Shown piece after piece: positions 7,944-15,562 of a stretch of 64,000 nucleotides of DNA. The notes under the pieces were generated by a model that was not told the DNA's origin, searched no databases, and worked only from the letters and a program-made list of their open reading frames with translations. The translations under genes were made by a program, and so were the position numbers. Position 1 is the first letter of the stretch; each line of letters begins with the position of its first letter. Source of the stretch: a virus; the IMG/VR virus record IMGVR_UViG_3300031707_000003, positions 1-64,000 of that record; one strand, given 5' to 3'.

Positions 7944-8819
7944 GTGTCCACCTGGATCCCCTCAGCCGAGGCCTTTGGTAACCCTTCCCAGGTTTTGATC
8001 CTGGGGGCTACCGGCGTTTCTTCTGCGGAAGCGTTTGGGTCGGCAACGATCACACATTCGAGCGTCACGCTCATTCAGCCGACAGGGGTGCCCAGCGGAG
8101 AGGCCTTCGGCACTCTCCACACGGCGTTTCTGCTCAAGCCTACGGGTGTCCTGACCCGAGAAGCCTTCGGCACGCCGGTCCTGAATACGACCGTCAACGT
8201 CATCCTTGCGTCAGGAACGACCTACGGGCACGGGCAGATCACCCTAGGCGAAGTTCTCTTGGCAGGCACGGTTACCAGCACCGGTAACCTCAATTCACCG
8301 TCGCCCACGATCATTCTCAACTTTGACCCCGTTATCTTCGGGCGCGGGCAGCTCATCTGGAACGGTCCAGATCAAGCCCGAGGGTTCGGCACCCTCGCCG
8401 CGTTCATGGAGATCATCCATATCCCGGCCCCCGCGTGCGCGACCTGCACGTGCCCGAAAACAGCCTTCCATTGGATGCAGGACTTCCAGAAGGGTGACCT
8501 AGGTATCTGCCTCACGGACAACTTCGGCAACCCGATCGGTCCGGTTATGGTCCAGTACACACTCTTCTGGGTCCAGAAGGGCTGTGTGCCGCATCAAGTG
8601 GGGTGTTGCGGTCGAAAACCCGTCTCAGCCGGGCTCGGTAAGTACTACATCACCGGAACTGCCGGGGAGGGTGGGCAGCCAGGCCTTTGGATTGCCCGCT
8701 GGCAGTTTCAAAAAAGCTTTGGTGCTCCGATCCAGGAGAGGGACGTGTGCTTCTTCGTCCAGGACGCGATTGCGGCTGGAGACAAGACCTTTAGGGTCTG
8801 CAAGTATGGGTGGGATTGA
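7944..8819 (+). CDS. GIPSxEAFG-repeat protein with Cys-rich C-terminal Ig-like domain paralogous to 9397 N-terminus
   Basis: Four PSAEAFG-type repeats; C-terminal GDLGICLTD..P..VQYTLF..VG..RKP..GKYY..GLWIARWQF..FFVQD; GTG start after AAGGA. Confidence 0.75.
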   Translation: MSTWIPSAEAFGNPSQVLILGATGVSSAEAFGSATITHSSVTLIQPTGVPSGEAFGTLHTAFLLKPTGVLTREAFGTPVLNTTVNVILASGTTYGHGQITLGEVLLAGTVTSTGNLNSPSPTIILNFDPVIFGRGQLIWNGPDQARGFGTLAAFMEIIHIPAPACATCTCPKTAFHWMQDFQKGDLGICLTDNFGNPIGPVMVQYTLFWVQKGCVPHQVGCCGRKPVSAGLGKYYITGTAGEGGQPGLWIARWQFQKSFGAPIQERDVCFFVQDAIAAGDKTFRVCKYGWD

Positions 8820-8821
8820 CC

Positions 8822-9400
8822 ATGGACTTGGCTCTCAAGGTGGCTCGGAGGTTTATCGCGGGGTGCTCATGCGAGCACACGGCTGTTGCCCCTGAGGGTT
8901 GGGAGGGTCCCATCAAGAAGATGAAGAAGGACGACGAGATCGACAACCCGTTCGCCCTCGCGTGGTGGATGAAGGGGGAGGGGTACAAACCTCACGCAAA
9001 GGAAGCTATGGATCCACTCGCCGAACGTGTCGCCCGTCGCTTCCTCGCTGAGACGCTGAAGGACCCCAAGTCCGTGGGGGACTTTCTCGCGGAGAACGTC
9101 CTGAAGTCGGGGCAGAAGGTTCGTGTCTGGACGGGGCGCGGCAAGGACGACTACCACGAGGGCACGGTCTCCAGCATCAAGCTGTGGCCCAAGCCTGGGG
9201 ACAAGGCGTTCATCCGCGACAACCTCACGGGCAAGGTGAACCGCAAGGACGAGTACACGATCAAGTTCGATCGTGAGCCCGCGTACACGGGGGAGCCCCG
9301 TGAAGGCACCCTCATGGTCGAAGGGATGCGCGGCGGGGAAGGCATGCACGTCTCGTTCGGCAAGGCCAAGGGACGTGTCTACAAGTTGGCCCTCCTATGA
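8822..9400 (+). CDS. Basic protein with two (K/R)VARRF(I/L)A motifs (possible internal virion protein)
   Basis: MDLALKVARRFIA and MDPLAERVARRFLA; start set to ATG 8822 just after the upstream stop. Confidence 0.65.
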   Translation: MDLALKVARRFIAGCSCEHTAVAPEGWEGPIKKMKKDDEIDNPFALAWWMKGEGYKPHAKEAMDPLAERVARRFLAETLKDPKSVGDFLAENVLKSGQKVRVWTGRGKDDYHEGTVSSIKLWPKPGDKAFIRDNLTGKVNRKDEYTIKFDREPAYTGEPREGTLMVEGMRGGEGMHVSFGKAKGRVYKLALL

Positions 9401-10317
9401 GCGTTTCTTTCTTCCGTGGGCAGCAACTCGGGAGGAACGACCTCAACATCTTCCTCGTCAACGTCAATAGCACCCCATCCAACGCGTCGGAGATCAGCTA
9501 CGGGCTCTTCGATTTCACGACGGGAGCAGAGGTCCTTGTTGGTCCTCCAAACAGGGTCCCTTCGAATCCAAGCGTAGGGGAGTACTTCGCGAGCGTCATC
9601 GTCCCGCTCGATGCCAATTTGGGTACCTACCGGGTTCGATGGACCTTCCGCGAAGTCGTCGGCGGCAACATTCAGCAGGTCGTTCAGGAGTTCGCTGTCA
9701 TCGACAAGGTGAACCTGGCTACAGCCAGTGCCAGCTCCATCACGGGCGGGGCGTTGAACGCGACCCACATGGAGTTGGACCTCATGGCCCGACTCCGGAT
9801 CCTACTTCGGGACAACAACCCGGACAGGAACTACCACTTCCGCCCGCCCACACACGAGGAGACCATCCAGCAATTTAGCCGGGTATTCGGCTACATCTGG
9901 GAGGACATCGAGCTACAGGAGTACCTCGAACGCTCCCTCGACATGATCATCGCGTCGCCTCCGCGAACGCCGTTCGGAAGCATCGACCAGATGGTGCAGT
10001 CGATGCCAGAGTGGCGCACGATGCTCCTCACCGGGGCGATGTCCCATGCCCTCCGAGCGCTCCAAATCAACTGGATTGCTGACGAGTTCGATTACTCGAT
10101 CGGCGGGGTGTCACTCAGCATCGACAAGGCCAGCAAGTACGAGTCCGTGGCCAGCGCCCAGTCCGACCAGTTCGACAAGCAACTGGAGAAGGCCAAGCAG
10201 ACGATCAACTTCGTGAAGGGCCTTCAGCAGCCCCGATTTGGGACTGGTATCCGTTCTGCCTTCGGTCCTTACGCGGGCCGAGGTGTGTTGAGTCCGCGTA
10301 AGTTCGTTGGCTTCTAA
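9397..10317 (+). CDS. Putative neck/head-tail adaptor protein with N-terminal Ig-like domain
   Basis: Helical C-terminal half RLRILLRD..WEDIELQEYLERSL..FDYSIGGVSLSIDK resembles head-tail adaptor (SPP1 gp15-type) architecture; position upstream of tail genes. Confidence 0.55.
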   Translation: MSVSFFRGQQLGRNDLNIFLVNVNSTPSNASEISYGLFDFTTGAEVLVGPPNRVPSNPSVGEYFASVIVPLDANLGTYRVRWTFREVVGGNIQQVVQEFAVIDKVNLATASASSITGGALNATHMELDLMARLRILLRDNNPDRNYHFRPPTHEETIQQFSRVFGYIWEDIELQEYLERSLDMIIASPPRTPFGSIDQMVQSMPEWRTMLLTGAMSHALRALQINWIADEFDYSIGGVSLSIDKASKYESVASAQSDQFDKQLEKAKQTINFVKGLQQPRFGTGIRSAFGPYAGRGVLSPRKFVGF

Positions 10318-10345
10318 CGGCTCGGTTCGCCGAGGAGGGTATACC

Positions 10346-10732
10346 ATGTCGACAACATTGCCTCTGTTCGCCGCTATCCTCCCGCTCGAACCCGAGCCGG
10401 AGAAGATCAGCTTTGCCTTGGCCTTCGATTACGCGTCGACCCCAAGGGAGGGGGACCTCCCCCTTGTGAACGTGCTTCCGCGCGTCCTCATCAACGGCAA
10501 GCAAGTGGGTCTGATTTCCTCCCTGGAGATCAAGCTGAACGCAAACGAAGCGTTCCCTCAGGTCATCGTTCGCATCGGAGAGGACCTCACCAAAGAGATG
10601 GCCTCGGAATGTTCGGTGGACCTCAAGACCGCTGCGAAGAAGTACATTGCTGAGCTTCGTCGATTCCCCTTCATCCAGGTGGAGTCCCCGTTCCTCGAAG
10701 AGACAGATTCATCTGAGATGTCAACTATTTAG
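10346..10732 (+). CDS. Hypothetical protein
   Basis: Strong RBS GAGGAGG before ATG 10346. Confidence 0.7.
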   Translation: MSTTLPLFAAILPLEPEPEKISFALAFDYASTPREGDLPLVNVLPRVLINGKQVGLISSLEIKLNANEAFPQVIVRIGEDLTKEMASECSVDLKTAAKKYIAELRRFPFIQVESPFLEETDSSEMSTI

Positions 10733-10791
10733 AACAAGCGCCATGACGAATTGAGAATCCTTCGGTGTGGCAGCTCCATCGGACGTGTCAG

Positions 10792-11133
10792 ATGTCTCCT
10801 CGTATCCACCCGTGCGTGTGCAGCTTCACTTGCGAGACCTACCCGCAAATGAAGCACCATCGGAAGCAGTGCGTCCTCTGGCAGATGAGGGCGGCTCCGA
10901 TGGATCTCATGATCGCCCGTCGTCGCAAAACGCGGCAGTCCCGTTCGGACGAGATGAGGTCCTTCGATCGGTGCCCGGTATGCGAGAAGCGCTCGGATCA
11001 CCATGAGGCGGACTGTCCCAATTCTGCCTGTGAGGCTGTACGTCGGGAGAGCATCGCGAAGCACAAGATCGATCCGGTGCTATGGGAGACCTTCCTCCGC
11101 CTCCTGGCAAAGAAGTACGAGGGTCGAGAATGA
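10792..11133 (+). CDS. Cys/His-rich putative zinc-binding protein
   Basis: CVC..C..HH..C and CPVC..HH..C..C clusters; start uncertain (10765 or 10792); stop overlaps next ATG. Confidence 0.55.
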   Translation: MSPRIHPCVCSFTCETYPQMKHHRKQCVLWQMRAAPMDLMIARRRKTRQSRSDEMRSFDRCPVCEKRSDHHEADCPNSACEAVRRESIAKHKIDPVLWETFLRLLAKKYEGRE

Positions 11134-11483
11134 GAGACATCACATCGAGGGTGGTTGCTCGCTTCCTACGGCGGTCCGTTGGCCTTCCCGACGGTGCCCC
11201 GCCAGAGCGACTCCTCCACGACACGAAGAGGCTCTTAAGGGCGCTGAAGGCGGGGATTGTAAAACGCCTTCATGGAGCATCGGCGCACGAGCAACAAGTC
11301 CTGACGGAGCTACTCAAGGCTCTGGGGCAGTACGACCCCTCGAAGTCACCCTCGGTCGCCTTTGAGAAAGAGTTCCAGTTCATCCTTGTCTTGGCGGCCA
11401 AGGAGTTGGACGCAGAGTTCGTGGACGATGCTGACGTTAGCGATCTCACCAAGCGTCTGAAAAGGCACCTCGGTGTAGGGTAG
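11130..11483 (+). CDS. Small protein with N-terminal RVVARFL motif
   Basis: MRDITSRVVARFLRR; ATGA overlap with upstream gene. Confidence 0.65.
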   Translation: MRDITSRVVARFLRRSVGLPDGAPPERLLHDTKRLLRALKAGIVKRLHGASAHEQQVLTELLKALGQYDPSKSPSVAFEKEFQFILVLAAKELDAEFVDDADVSDLTKRLKRHLGVG

Positions 11484-11539
11484 TCCATTTGTGAGGGCGC
11501 CCTTTTGGACAACGGCGTCAACGAGACTGCCTTTGGAGG

Positions 11540-11917
11540 ATGAAAATGAGCACTGAATCGACACAGAAGAAGCTGACGCGTGAAGACCCGGTCGAGCCGG
11601 AGATCCTGGGCAGGCTCGGCGAGCTGGAGCAGGCTCGGAACCAAATCGGTGCAGAATTGCTCGACATCGAGCAAGCAAAGGTCCGATGCCTCGCGGCTGC
11701 GCACAAGGTTGACGAGCAGCGTCATCGCCTCTTCGAGAAGGTCCTCATGGATCGCGGTCTTCCTCCGAACTCGGTCGCCGAGGTCGATGCGCAGTCCGGC
11801 AGGCTCATCATTCATCGCGAAGGTGGTCCGCCCGGCTTCCCGGTTCAGCCGAACGGGACGGCTCAGGCAGCCCCGCAACCCCCGGCAGCAGCTCCGGCGG
11901 CAGCTCCGACATCGTAG
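11540..11917 (+). CDS. Coiled-coil hypothetical protein
   Basis: RBS GGAGG (start 11540 or 11546); heptad-like LGELEQARNQIGAELLDIEQ; Pro/Ala tail. Confidence 0.7.
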   Translation: MKMSTESTQKKLTREDPVEPEILGRLGELEQARNQIGAELLDIEQAKVRCLAAAHKVDEQRHRLFEKVLMDRGLPPNSVAEVDAQSGRLIIHREGGPPGFPVQPNGTAQAAPQPPAAAPAAAPTS

Positions 11918-11923
11918 CCTGAA

Positions 11924-11954
11924 CTTCCCCTTATCCCTTTGCTGAAGGGGGAAG
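11924..11954 (+). promoter_or_regulatory. Hairpin occluding the RBS of 11962, with promoter-like CTTCCCCTTATC in its 5' arm
   Basis: CTTCCCCTT (11924-11932) pairs with AGGGGGAAG (11946-11954); no U-tract follows. Confidence 0.5.
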
Positions 11955-11961
11955 CAGCTCG

Positions 11962-13323
11962 ATGCCCTACGCCACGAACCGAGATCGTACCGTCTCTGAG
12001 CTGGAGATCACAAGGGCCCCTTGGCCCTTGCCTCCGCTCAACGTGTTTCTGACGAGCGGGTTTGAGCCGGGCGTCTTCGACATCACGTGGGATGACCCGG
12101 CCATTCTCGGACCGAATGGCCGCTTCTGCGTTCTCGGCGTCAACATCTATCGCTCGTTCGACTCAGAGTTCGGCCCGTTCGAGCGGATCACGGAGCTGCT
12201 CTTGGGCTCCACGTTCTGGCGTGATCGCACCGACAACGAGCTGATCGTTGATGAGGATGTGACGACCCAGTTCGTCCTCAAGGGTGAATCCGGGGCGGCG
12301 GCCGGACAGGACACTCCTCGGTGGGTCTTCAAGACGCAACATTTTCCCATCGTCAAGGAGGGGTCCCAAGCGGTGAACGCAGATACCCCGGACGATGTGC
12401 GGGTTTACATCGACGGCGTTGAAGTCAAAGTTCTACGGGTCTACGGCTTCACAGGTGAGGTCGAGATCGATCCGTTCATCTACGCCAACATCGCGACCCA
12501 GAAGCTCGACCCTTCCCTAGTTCCGGGGCCTGATAGCCAGGTCACGTGTACGTATCGTCGCAACCGCTCGCTCCTCAAGACGGACCTCGTACAGCGTGTG
12601 TTCTATCGCTTGACGACGGTGGGCGTCCCCAAGGATGCCGACCTCTCCGTCGTCCAGTGCCAGGACTTTGTTGAGACCCCCCTCGAACGAGCGACCGCAT
12701 GCCATTCGTATGAAGTCGAAAAACTCGACTTCATGTGGCGGGAGGCGGTCCGTCGCAACCGTTGGATCTTGGAACAAGGTGGGGAACGGGTGCGCCTGTT
12801 CCTGAAGAAGCACGTGGGTCTTCCCTGCCCGTGCGTTCCGGACGATTATCACAAGCAGAGCATCAACGATTGCACCATCTGCTTCGGGACAAGCATCATC
12901 GGTGGCTACGAGGGCCCCTACGAAGCCATTGTGGCCCCTGACGATGCCGAGAAGCGGATCACCCAGAAGGACATCGGGCGGACGGTCGAGCACACGTACG
13001 AGGTCTGGACGGGCCCTGCGCCCATCCTTTCCCACCGGGACTTCCTCGTGAAGCTGAATGGGGACCGCTATTCGGTTGGCGCGGTCAGGTTCCCAAGTAA
13101 CCGGGGTATGGTGCTCCAGCAGCACTTCAACATCGGTCACATCGACGAGAAGGATATCCGGTACAAGGTCCCTGTCACGAACCCCACGAAGTTCGCGGCT
13201 GACCAGTTCGGCCCGCTAGGTCCCGAGCAGGAGGCTGAGGCGAACCCCACGGACAAGCCCAACATCCCTGAGGAACGCCAGCTCAGGGGCCGCTCGAAGG
13301 TCTGGGAGAACATCGAGTACTAA
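11962..13323 (+). CDS. Putative head-closure/neck protein with FN3-like N-terminus and Zn motif
   Basis: FDITWDDP..GVNIYRS (FN3-like); CPC-x12-CTICFGT..GGY; C-terminal ILSHRDFLVKLNGDRYSV like head-closure beta barrels. Confidence 0.55.
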   Translation: MPYATNRDRTVSELEITRAPWPLPPLNVFLTSGFEPGVFDITWDDPAILGPNGRFCVLGVNIYRSFDSEFGPFERITELLLGSTFWRDRTDNELIVDEDVTTQFVLKGESGAAAGQDTPRWVFKTQHFPIVKEGSQAVNADTPDDVRVYIDGVEVKVLRVYGFTGEVEIDPFIYANIATQKLDPSLVPGPDSQVTCTYRRNRSLLKTDLVQRVFYRLTTVGVPKDADLSVVQCQDFVETPLERATACHSYEVEKLDFMWREAVRRNRWILEQGGERVRLFLKKHVGLPCPCVPDDYHKQSINDCTICFGTSIIGGYEGPYEAIVAPDDAEKRITQKDIGRTVEHTYEVWTGPAPILSHRDFLVKLNGDRYSVGAVRFPSNRGMVLQQHFNIGHIDEKDIRYKVPVTNPTKFAADQFGPLGPEQEAEANPTDKPNIPEERQLRGRSKVWENIEY

Positions 13324-13324
13324 A

Positions 13325-13834
13325 ATGCCCGCTATGATCGCCACTTCAATTTACTTGAAGCCTCTCATTCCGACAGCTCTCGCGGGGATGAGCTTCGATC
13401 GTGTCCTCCGTAGGCTACAGCGTGACCTTCTCAAGCGCCTCAAGGCCAAGCTTCAGCAGACGGTGTTCTCGGATCGGGCCAAGAAGGCTCTCGCGAGGTC
13501 GATGCGGATCGAAGTGCATCCTTCTAGCCTTCGTGTGACTACGAACCACCCGGCCTTTTTCCCTCTCGTCGACGGGCAGGCCAAGGGGCAGATGACGTGG
13601 CTCACGAAGGCCAAACGACCCATCCCCATCATCACGGATACGGGGAAGCTCATTTTCCGCAATGCTACCGCCAAGTCCATGGCGAACGGCTCGTGGATCC
13701 ACCCAGGACGTAAGCCCTCGGACTTCGTTTCTAAGGCGAAGTCTGAAGCGCGTAAGTTCTTGAAGGGCAAGCTCGTGGCCGAAGTCCGTAAGCAGATCCG
13801 CGCCGGACTTCAAAGCGCCGCGAGGGCCCGGTGA
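13325..13834 (+). CDS. Basic virion morphogenesis protein (HK97 gp10-like candidate)
   Basis: Very Lys/Arg rich, WIHPGRKPSDFVSKA C-terminal motif, position among neck genes. Confidence 0.5.
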   Translation: MPAMIATSIYLKPLIPTALAGMSFDRVLRRLQRDLLKRLKAKLQQTVFSDRAKKALARSMRIEVHPSSLRVTTNHPAFFPLVDGQAKGQMTWLTKAKRPIPIITDTGKLIFRNATAKSMANGSWIHPGRKPSDFVSKAKSEARKFLKGKLVAEVRKQIRAGLQSAARAR

Positions 13835-14406
13835 GCGGAGACGTGAGGGTTCTCGGGCTCGTGGCCGGTACGCATGTCCTGGAAGACATCGGGATGGACG
13901 TGCCGTACGGGGTGACAGTTTCGATCTCTGCTGAGAAGGCGGCCCGGTCGAAGGATCTCCACCGGGCCATCAGCCAACGGTGCATCTTTGCGCTCCCTAG
14001 CCACCCCTCAGGTCCGGCGGTTTTCCAGCAAAACCAGCCTCAACAGGTCGGGGACGGCGTTCTGTTGGAGCGGATCCGAGCGCTGGAGGAAGAGAAGCGC
14101 CTGCTTCAGATGGCAATCCTCCAGTCGAATGAGGCTCAACAGCAGAAGTTCGACGCGATCCTCGCGGCTATCCAGGCTCAGGCGACGGTTCAACGGGTTG
14201 TCCACGTCAATGGCAACGGCGGCAACGTGACGCCTTCTCGCCATGAGGTGGCAGACGGGGAAGCCCCCACGTTCATCCCTTCGGAAATCCACCCGAAAGA
14301 CGCCGAATCCCGCATCGAGTCACAGAAGGACTCGGCCGGTGCCTCAGGTGTTTCGGACGCTGCGGAACGGCTGCGTAAAATGCGTCAGGGCAGCGGCTCC
14401 CAATAA
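13831..14406 (+). CDS. Coiled-coil protein
   Basis: LLERIRALEEEKRLLQMAILQ coiled coil; FIPSEI motif; basic C-terminal helix; GTGA overlap. Confidence 0.7.
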   Translation: MSGDVRVLGLVAGTHVLEDIGMDVPYGVTVSISAEKAARSKDLHRAISQRCIFALPSHPSGPAVFQQNQPQQVGDGVLLERIRALEEEKRLLQMAILQSNEAQQQKFDAILAAIQAQATVQRVVHVNGNGGNVTPSRHEVADGEAPTFIPSEIHPKDAESRIESQKDSAGASGVSDAAERLRKMRQGSGSQ

Positions 14407-14449
14407 AGTTCTTGCGTGGCGCTCGTGTGAGAGAAGGAGAACGTCGAAC

Positions 14450-14746
14450 ATGCACCCCCGCCAAATCGAACTCTTGGGAGCAGCTCAGAGTCTCACCGAG
14501 AAGACCGCTGCGAAGAAGCAAACCGAGGAGAAGAAGCGGTCAGGTCCCGTGCTTCTGTGGAAATACACGGATCCCGACGGCAACAACTTCTACCTCGAAG
14601 CCAAGAAGACGACAGTGAAGTCACCCTTCAGCGGAAAGTCCTTCACTGCACGTCCCGAGCGACACACGCCCGCTCAGGTCGGCAAGGAAATGAAGGACGA
14701 GCAGAAAACGAAGACGGCAACCGAGCACGATCCCTGGAAGGCGTGA
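14450..14746 (+). CDS. Small Lys-rich protein
   Basis: RBS AAGGAG before ATG 14450; EKTAA and KTKTA motifs. Confidence 0.7.
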   Translation: MHPRQIELLGAAQSLTEKTAAKKQTEEKKRSGPVLLWKYTDPDGNNFYLEAKKTTVKSPFSGKSFTARPERHTPAQVGKEMKDEQKTKTATEHDPWKA

Positions 14747-14753
14747 GTCCCCC

Positions 14754-15506
14754 ATGCCCAACGAGCGCAAATCGGAGGAGCTACAGCCCCTTCCAGTGAA
14801 GGACCCGTACTCGGGGCTCCACTCCGAATCAGTCTACGCCATGTGGCATGATCCCATGACGTACGACCACATGAAGATGGGTCCCCCGTACTTGCCCGAA
14901 CTTAAGGTTCGTATGGCGAGCACGGACCGGGATTCCGTTCGTGCGCTCGTCAAGCGAGAGGCGCAAACCTCGCCCGTTGATCAGATTCTCTCTCATCTGA
15001 TCGGGGAGTACCAAGGGCTCCCGATGGCCGAGCTGGGGGCCCTCCTCGCGTGCCTTCGGGCAGCGGCGATGGTCCACCAGACGCACCACTGGCAAACACG
15101 TGGGCTCACGTTTTACGGCGACCACCTCCTCTACATGCGGCTCTACGAGGAGTCGTCTTCGTTCGTCGATCAAGTCGCGGAGCGTGCCGTGGGCGCAGGC
15201 AGCCACCTTCTCGTTCACCCCGTCATCCAGACGGCGCAGATCCAGGCTCTCGTGAAGCACTTCTGCGGGGACATCCTCACGGATCCCAGCCCCGACGCTT
15301 ACGCCCTCGTGAGTCTCACGTGCGAGGCACGCCTCCTCACGGCACTCAACGGCGTGTACGGGATGTTGGAACAGAAGGGTCAGCTCTCGAACGGCACGGA
15401 CAACCTCCTTCAAGGGGTGGCCGACAAGCACGAGGAGTTCGTCTACCTGCTCAAGCAGCGCTGTCTCACGAAGGTCAGCTACGATCGCCGTTCATCGGCC
15501 AAATGA
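14754..15506 (+). CDS. Dps/ferritin-like protein with N-terminal extension
   Basis: HHWQTRGLTFYGDHLLYMRLYEE...DQVAER matches the Dps ferroxidase pattern HW-x3-G-x2-F-x3-H...D-x2-AER. Confidence 0.8.
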   Translation: MPNERKSEELQPLPVKDPYSGLHSESVYAMWHDPMTYDHMKMGPPYLPELKVRMASTDRDSVRALVKREAQTSPVDQILSHLIGEYQGLPMAELGALLACLRAAAMVHQTHHWQTRGLTFYGDHLLYMRLYEESSSFVDQVAERAVGAGSHLLVHPVIQTAQIQALVKHFCGDILTDPSPDAYALVSLTCEARLLTALNGVYGMLEQKGQLSNGTDNLLQGVADKHEEFVYLLKQRCLTKVSYDRRSSAK

Positions 15507-15525
15507 AACCCAAATCAGATGTGGA

Positions 15526-15542
15526 GGGTCCCGTTGGGACCC
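15526..15542 (+). promoter_or_regulatory. Perfect 7-bp hairpin upstream of the actin-like gene RBS
   Basis: GGGTCCC-GTT-GGGACCC. Confidence 0.5.
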
Positions 15543-15562
15543 AAGATGAAGAGAGGATGAAA

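Noticed and set aside
11924-11954. Rho-independent terminators at intergenic hairpins
   Set aside because: No 3' U-tracts, and stems overlap the downstream RBS
15050-15502. N-terminal ~150 aa of the 511-aa ORF
   Set aside because: Overlaps the Dps-like gene out of frame with low-complexity Arg/Pro sequence; actin motifs and RBS begin near 15557-15563
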